From the human T2T-CHM13v2.0 reference genome, Homo sapiens: a stretch of DNA of 64,000 nucleotides. This document shows, one piece after another, positions 57,650 to 64,000 of the stretch (within the stretch, counting starts at the first letter, position 1; the number at the start of each line of letters is the position of its first letter). The position numbers were made by a program, and so were the translations under genes. The stretch lies in assembly GCF_009914755.1 (NCBI RefSeq), contig NC_060934.1; one strand, written 5' to 3'. The notes below the pieces were generated by a model that saw nothing but the letters and a program-made list of their open reading frames with translations, did not search any database and had not been told where the DNA came from.

Positions 57650-57880
57650 AATTATTTATTAAGTCCTTATTAAATGTACCAGACACTATTCAAACATTCT
57701 GTCATTGGATCCTCAAAAGACTCTTTGAGAGAGGGACAACCGATATCTTCATTTTACAGGTGGGGAAACTGATGCTGAGACGGGTTAGACACCAGGTAAC
57801 ATAGCTGGTAAGGCAGAACTAGGATTTGAACGCCACTCTTTCTGAATCCAGAATCTTTGTGTTTGACCACTAGGCTCTGC
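57650..57880 (-). mobile_element. MIR (others at ~8000, 11700, 18600, 43800, 46950, 57300-57385)
   Basis: attttacaggtggggaaactgatgctgaga core. Confidence 0.7.
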
Positions 57881-59619
57881 AGTCTCCCTGGAGATCATGT
57901 CTCATTTCTACTCCCTGAAAACACAACTGTCTGCATTTTCTCTCTTCTCCCCAACACAACTATAACCACCACCTAGGTATCTCTACTCTTTCTCCTTCTC
58001 TCATCCCTCCCTCTTCTTCCTTTTGCTTTAACCACTTTTCCCCCCAGTTGTATTTTCTTCTCTGTTATGCACACCTTAACCTGCCACTGGCACCCGGGGG
58101 GAAGAGGTCAGTTCTGCTTGGGTCTCACTGTCATTGCTGCCTGGAGTTGCCCATGGTTGTCTAATCTCTTTGTTAAACTTGGTGTAGCAAGTTGGTGATG
58201 CCTTTTTAAATGCAAATATTATACTCCTGGGGAAGGGTACATTAAGGCATCACCATTTAGGTATGAATTAGATGCTTCCTTGTCTATGAACTTTGATGGG
58301 GAAGCACAGAATAAAGAGTGTGAACAGGAAAGGGAGACCGGGTGCAACAGACTCATTTTCAGCATATACTGGCTTCTAGAAATCAGAACTGTAGCTTGCT
58401 TGGGTCAGGAAGATGCCAAATCGAAGGAGATCAAATGTGTAACTATATTGATGGCAACTAAAACAACACACCCATGCCTTCTTTTATGTAGCTCTTTAAA
58501 GTTTGCTTAGTGTTTCCTTGTAAACTGCCTCCTTTAATCCTCAAGCCCAGTTATAACCCTGTTACAACAATGAGACTTGTTAGAACCTCTCAAGTAACAC
58601 CGGTGAAGCCAGGACTAGACTTCCCTATCTTCATATTCACCTCTTCTAGATAACCTCCTGCTTTTTATTAAGGATATTCTAACTAAATTGCCCAAATCTT
58701 CTTTCTGTCTTCTGTACAAGTTCATTCTTTCCATTACTCTTTCATTCAGTTGACAAGCACTTATTGAGGATCTGACATTAGGTTAAGCTTTTGCATATAT
58801 TCTTTACTTCTCAAAAACCACATTATGGGGAAGATGTTAAAATACTTTCTTTTAGTATGAGAAAATGGAATAATGTATCTCTCTCTGCCGGACTGACCAA
58901 TATCTCCCACTGTGAACCTCTGAAGACCATCACCATTAGTATCAAGGGCATGCTTTCCATAGCCAGCAATGGAGTGTACCAGGGATACCAGGAAGGCCCA
59001 TTCCTGGAGGACAGGGGACTTTTCCGATAGTGACTTTGACTCAGAAGGGGACTCCTTGGATAGTAAATGACTTTGACTCAAGAACTTCCCATTAGCTTTG
59101 CCAAACTTTCTTAGAACTTCCTGGGAATCCATGATAATTTAAGAGCAATGCTGTAAAAGACAAACTTTTCTCTAAGAAATGCAGCTTTGCATTGTGAATC
59201 ATTAGGGAGAAGAATAAAATGAAAACCTATTTGCCTGCAAAACTTCTTTTCCAACTACCTCCACCTCATTAGATTGATGTCTTCCTTTTCTTTTGGAGAT
59301 GTGACTAGAGGGAAAATGTCAACTAAGTTGCTGATGACTTTTGGCAGCTTAATGAGTATGTTCTTTCCCAGAACTTGTTAAGTTTCCATTGTTGACTTTA
59401 CTTCTTTAGCCCAACCTTGCTACTTGAACACAGGCCTGGAATTCACCAACCATAATTTTCTTTTCTTTAGGAGGTAAATGGCATCTAAAGAGATGGATGT
59501 CACCAACTAAATCGCCAACCTCTTCCCAAATTGTAAGGCATGTTGTGGAAGCCATGTGCCCAGTGAGGACCAGCCATCAGTATTAGTCCTGGTGATATGT
59601 TCCTGGGTGCCAAGACAGA

Positions 59620-60120
59620 GGATGCAGCAGGAAGAACTCTGACTTCAGAGCCAAATAGACCAAAATGTAAATATTACCTGAGGCATGCTGTGGGATGTAG
59701 GTCAGGAAGACAGTGTAGACCACTGTGTGAGAGCTGTCTGGATCAGACAGATCCTTTAGTTTGGTTACTCACAAGCTATGCAATCCAACCTCTCTCACTC
59801 AAAGTTTCCTCATCTGTAAAATGGGGACAAAGTACTAGCCTCCACAGGACTGTTCAGGAGAATAAGAACATTTATAGCCAAATTTATCTAGCACTTAATC
59901 TTCGCTAGACCTTGTTCCAAGTGCTTTATGCCATTGATTCATTAAATCTTAATTGTGACCCCCTACATTAAGTATTATCACCATCTCCATTTACAGATGA
60001 GGAATTGAAGTATAGAGAGATTGATTTATCGAAGGTCACACAACTGGTAGTTGGTAGGGCTGGAATTGAAACATAGGTAATTTTTCTCTAAAGTATGGAC
60101 TCTCAGTCACTCCAATAGCA
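59620..60120. mobile_element. MIR cluster (both orientations)
   Basis: tttcctcatctgtaaaatgggg; atttacagatgaggaattgaag. Confidence 0.7.
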
Positions 60121-60679
60121 TGATGGTGGGTCCTTACCATATTTCTAGTCAAGAGTTAGTGCACAGCATAAATTATCATTCATCATTATCTTCTACATTA
60201 TCTCCTCTAGCATCACTGCTTCAACTGTATGTATTTGTTTCTTAATCTACTGATTGGAACCAAGAAATGACTTTGTCTGGATTAAGTGAAGCAATGGCCA
60301 TAGGAGACGTATTGCCTGACTTAAAGGAAGTCCTTATTAAATGCGTTTTCCAGGTAGCTATTTTCTGCTCTCCTCTTCTTTCTGCTGCCTTTTTTTCTTC
60401 CACTTTTCCTTCATCATAAAGTATTTGGTGCCTTGTGGACAGGATTCTTAATGTTACTTCCTATACCTATAACCACTGGGCAGATGGTCACCCCTCCTCT
60501 ATTCTCCCCTTCTCCATGGGAGAAGTGTTTCCCTGGTTAAGCATCCAATTCCACATAGGTGTTGTGTTAAATGTTACCTCGTCAGGATTTTGTTTTAGTT
60601 TGTTTTTCTACAAGAAGTTCAAGATGAAGGCAAACAGAGTCACTTTCTTTCTCTAAGAAATGTTTTTTTTGGTGACAGG

Positions 60680-61475
60680 TGTAGTGGACATTTATCTTGC
60701 TTCATCCTGTGGCTGCCCAACATCTGAACTCCCTTCTGTGTGTGTGGGAGACTTTCCCACTTCAGGAGGCAGATCTGCTTCCTCACTGCATCTCTAGAGT
60801 AGGGGCTAGTGATCTAGGCTTGGCCAATCAATGCTAGTGATACAAAAAAGCAAGCAGAAGGCTAGCTGGTGACAATGGAGGTGGCAGCAACATTCAGCAT
60901 TCAACTCTTGTGGTGCTTGTTAAAGCTGTAGCATCTAGGCTTATTGATGCTGGTAATAGGGTCCTTATAGGACCAATTCCGTGGTGTGATTTCAGGTGTC
61001 ATTCCGCCTGCAGAACCCCTGAGCCTAGCTTTCCAGCCCGCCCAGCAATTTTGGGAGTTACTCAATATCATTTTCATAAGATAATTTTCTTTTTTTTCTT
61101 TTTCTTTTTTTTTTGACACAGAGTCTCACTCTGTCACCCAGGCTGTAGTGCAGTAGTGTGATCTTGGCTCACTGCAGCCTCTGCCTCCTGGGTTCAAGCA
61201 ATTCTCCTGCCTCACCCTCCTGAGTAGCTGGGATTACAGGTGCTCACCACAACATCTGGCTAATTTTTTGTATTTTTAGTAGAGACTGGGTTTCGCCATG
61301 TTGGCCAGGCTGGTCTGGAACTCCTGACCTCAAGTGATCTGCCTGCCTTGACCTTCCAAAGTGCTGGGATTACAGGCATAAGCCATCATGCCCGGCCGCT
61401 TTTCATAAGATAATTTTCTCCAAATTTGTGTTGGAGAATTGTTTTCTGTGGCTTGCAATAGGAACATTGATACCA
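60680..61475 (+). mobile_element. LTR33-like (ERVL) LTR split by an Alu
   Basis: tgtagtggacat...ctgcccaacatc start; ttctgtggcttgcaa end. Confidence 0.55.
61091..61397 (-). mobile_element. AluS
   Basis: 20-bp TSD ttttcataagataattttct (61071-61090, 61400-61419). Confidence 0.95.
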
Positions 61476-62173
61476 TGAAATAAGGTGTGGTGGAAAGTAG
61501 TATCAATCAAGTCCTAGAGCTTTTGCCTCTTTAGAAAGTTGACATGCTAAAAAGAACAGGTGGTTAGTAGCTGCAGTGGAGGTATTATTATTTACATTCA
61601 TCTGTTTTGTTTTTTATTGCACATTTATTGAGGGTCATCGCTGTGCCAGGCATTGGGCCAGGTGCTAAGGATACAGTATTGAGCAAAACAGACACTTCAT
61701 GGACACACAGTGACAGGAAGTCCTAATTGCAGTGATCATCTGGCTGGCTTTGTCTGCATTTCAGGTTTTGTTTCATAATCATTTGCCTCCTTAGAAATTC
61801 AGAGTTACAATGTAGACTGTTGTTTGATGTTAATCAATTAATTAATTTCCTATTTAGTTCTAAAAAGAATGTGAAGTGGCTTATCAAAAATACGCAGATA
61901 TAGTAAGATCAAAGAGTATCAAACAATAAAAACAGCATTTAGTAAAAAGGGAGCAGAGGATAAAAATCTTGACTGAAGACCATTAGAACAAGTTAACTCG
62001 GTACTCAGCGTGATTATTGAGACAAGAGGAAGACAAAGTGAGAAGACAGAGCCAGTTAAAAGAGCCTTTAAGAAAGGATGTCAGTTTCACAGGAGAAATA
62101 CACGTTTTAAGAGAAATTTGCTTTTAGGTCCTCATGTAAGAGGTGCTGAACATTTTATAAAATACGGAAATAG

Positions 62174-62511
62174 GGCTGGGCATGGTGGCTCACGCCTGTA
62201 ATCCCAGCACTTTGGGAGGCCGAGGGGGTCGGATTATCTGAGATCAGGAGTTTGAGACCAGCCTGGCCAACATGGGGAAATCCCGCCTTTACTAAAAAAA
62301 AACAAAAAACAAAAAAACAAAAATTAGCTGGGCATAGTGGCGTGTGCCTGTAATCCCAGCTGCCTCAGGAGTCTGAGGCAGGAGAATCAATTGAACCTGG
62401 GAGGCAGAAGTTGCAGTAAGCCGAGATCGCACCACTGCACTCCAGCGTGGGCGACAGAGCAAGACTCCATCTCAAAAAAAAAAAAAAAAAAAAAAAGAAA
62501 AAGAAAAGAAA
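62174..62511 (+). mobile_element. AluS
   Basis: Full Alu with long A tail. Confidence 0.95.
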
Positions 62512-62599
62512 TCGGCATCATTTGAATGCTTCCCTATCTGTGCCTGCTGTGAGTGCTGATGGCAAAATATCTATTAGATTATTGAGGGTCTGGAAGGGT

Positions 62600-62603
<4 letters not shown>

Positions 62604-62648
<45 letters not shown>

Positions 62649-62655
62649 TGTGTGT
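62604..62655. repeat. (TG)n microsatellite
   Basis: Direct reading. Confidence 0.97.
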
Positions 62656-63199
62656 ATTTGTGATGTCAGGGAGAAGAAGCACAGTTTCCCAAAGTGTTAT
62701 TTCACTGTGATGGTAAAAAACAAGAAACAAAAAACAAAACAAAACAAAAAACCGGAAAGAAGACTTATTTGGGTGACATTTAGTGTAATCTCATGGATAA
62801 CTTACAGTATACAGTTTGCTTTCTCCAGTTGTTTTTAACAGGGACAGAAGCCCTGGTGAGAAAATGCATTCCCAGTGGGCATTTGTTGCCGACCCTATGG
62901 GGACTGTGTGAGAGCTAATCCTCACTCTCAACCTGCCTTTCCCAGCTGAAGTAGGTATTATGTCAGCAAGGGAAATGGAAGCCCCCTTTAACCTTTGTCC
63001 TTTCTTTTAAATTCCAAATTGATATGGGACAGCTCCTATCTTATAGGAAGACAAAGAATTTGATGATGATGACATGATGATGGTAATAATAATGATATAA
63101 TAACAAGTACTATGAGGCTGTGGAGGCAAGCTCCATGGAAGAGGATTCTTCCATGAAGAAGGGTTCTTACCATGAAGCCCCTTCCATGTTGAATACTGT

Positions 63200-64000
63200 G
63201 GCAGAGGACACATTCCAGGCTTAAGGAATATAGTAAGAAAGTTCATGGAGGTGGGGCAAGTACATGGAGCTTTGGATACCATTCTAAGAAGTTTGGATTT
63301 TATAAAAATGGTAGGTCATTGAAAAATTTTGAGGAGGGCAATTCATGATATAATCTTCCTTATGTTTTAAGAGGCTATTTCTGTCAACAGTGTGGAGCTG
63401 TGTTGTTTAAAACAGTAGCCACTAGTCACATGTGGTTATGAAATGTGGTAGTGAAAAAATGTGGGTGGTCTGAACGGAAATGTGCTGTAAGTATAAAATA
63501 CACACTGGATTTTGAAGACTTGGTACAAAAATATGTAAAAATACATCAATAATTTTTATGTTGATTACAAATTGAAACTATTTTTGGTATCTTCAGTTCA
63601 ATAAAAATTAAAGTTAATTTCATTGGTTCCTTTTTATTTCAATAAAGCTACTAGAAAGTTTAAAATTTCCTGTGTGGCTTACATTACATTTCTATTTGAA
63701 GGTGCCAGTGTGGAGGCTGGCTAGGAGAAGGAAAGAACCGAAGACCAGGAGAAGAGAGGAAACTATTGCAAAACCTTAGGCAAGAGATGTTGAGGGTCAG
63801 ATATAAGGCAGTGACTCTAGGAATGAACAGGAGAGGAGTGGTAAAAAAAAAAAAAGGCTTTTTAAAATAGGACGAGACAAGAGTTTTTATGGGTGTGGGG
63901 ATCCAAAAGAGGGAGTCAAGCTTGCAAGTCAAGTGTCTAGTCTAGGTGACTAAGAAGATGTTGGGGTGATGGTTTTAGGTTTTGCTGCATATGGGTTTCA
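63200..64000 (-). mobile_element. L2 fragment
   Basis: aagaagtttggattttata...gaggaaactattgca...ggtgactaagaagatg. Confidence 0.6.
63395..63705. mobile_element. MER33-like hAT element inserted in L2
   Basis: gccactagtcacatgtgg...gtgctgtaagtataaaatacacactggattttgaagac. Confidence 0.75.

Overview
Primate (very probably human) non-genic-looking genomic DNA. It is dense in mammalian repeats: 16 Alus, many MIR and L2 copies, a CR1/L3 remnant, MaLR and ERVL solo LTRs, hAT MERs, a complete LTR-int-LTR MER61-like ERV1 provirus (34206-39274) and a near full-length old L1MC-type element with nested insertions (~48010-56320). I find no intact protein-coding gene, and most listed ORFs are repeat-derived or chance. 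The main unexplained signal is on the minus strand. Many repeat-free stretches between ~47.6 kb and the window start begin at a canonical splice acceptor, many end at a canonical donor, and several keep long, nearly stop-free, Pro/Ser-rich frames with PxDLS-type and NLS-like motifs. I read this as a fossil multi-exon protein-coding gene (unitary pseudogene, possibly now a lncRNA), with one large exon split by a THE1 LTR and another by an AluS. An orphan CpG island at ~56.7-57.4 kb is a plausible promoter or first exon for it. Several AT-rich, homeobox-motif-rich unique blocks look like enhancers, and there is a strong CTCF motif at 7062-7080. The locus and the ancestral gene could not be named from sequence alone. 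Repeat subfamily calls are from recognition, not from a database search, and their boundaries are approximate unless TSDs are given.
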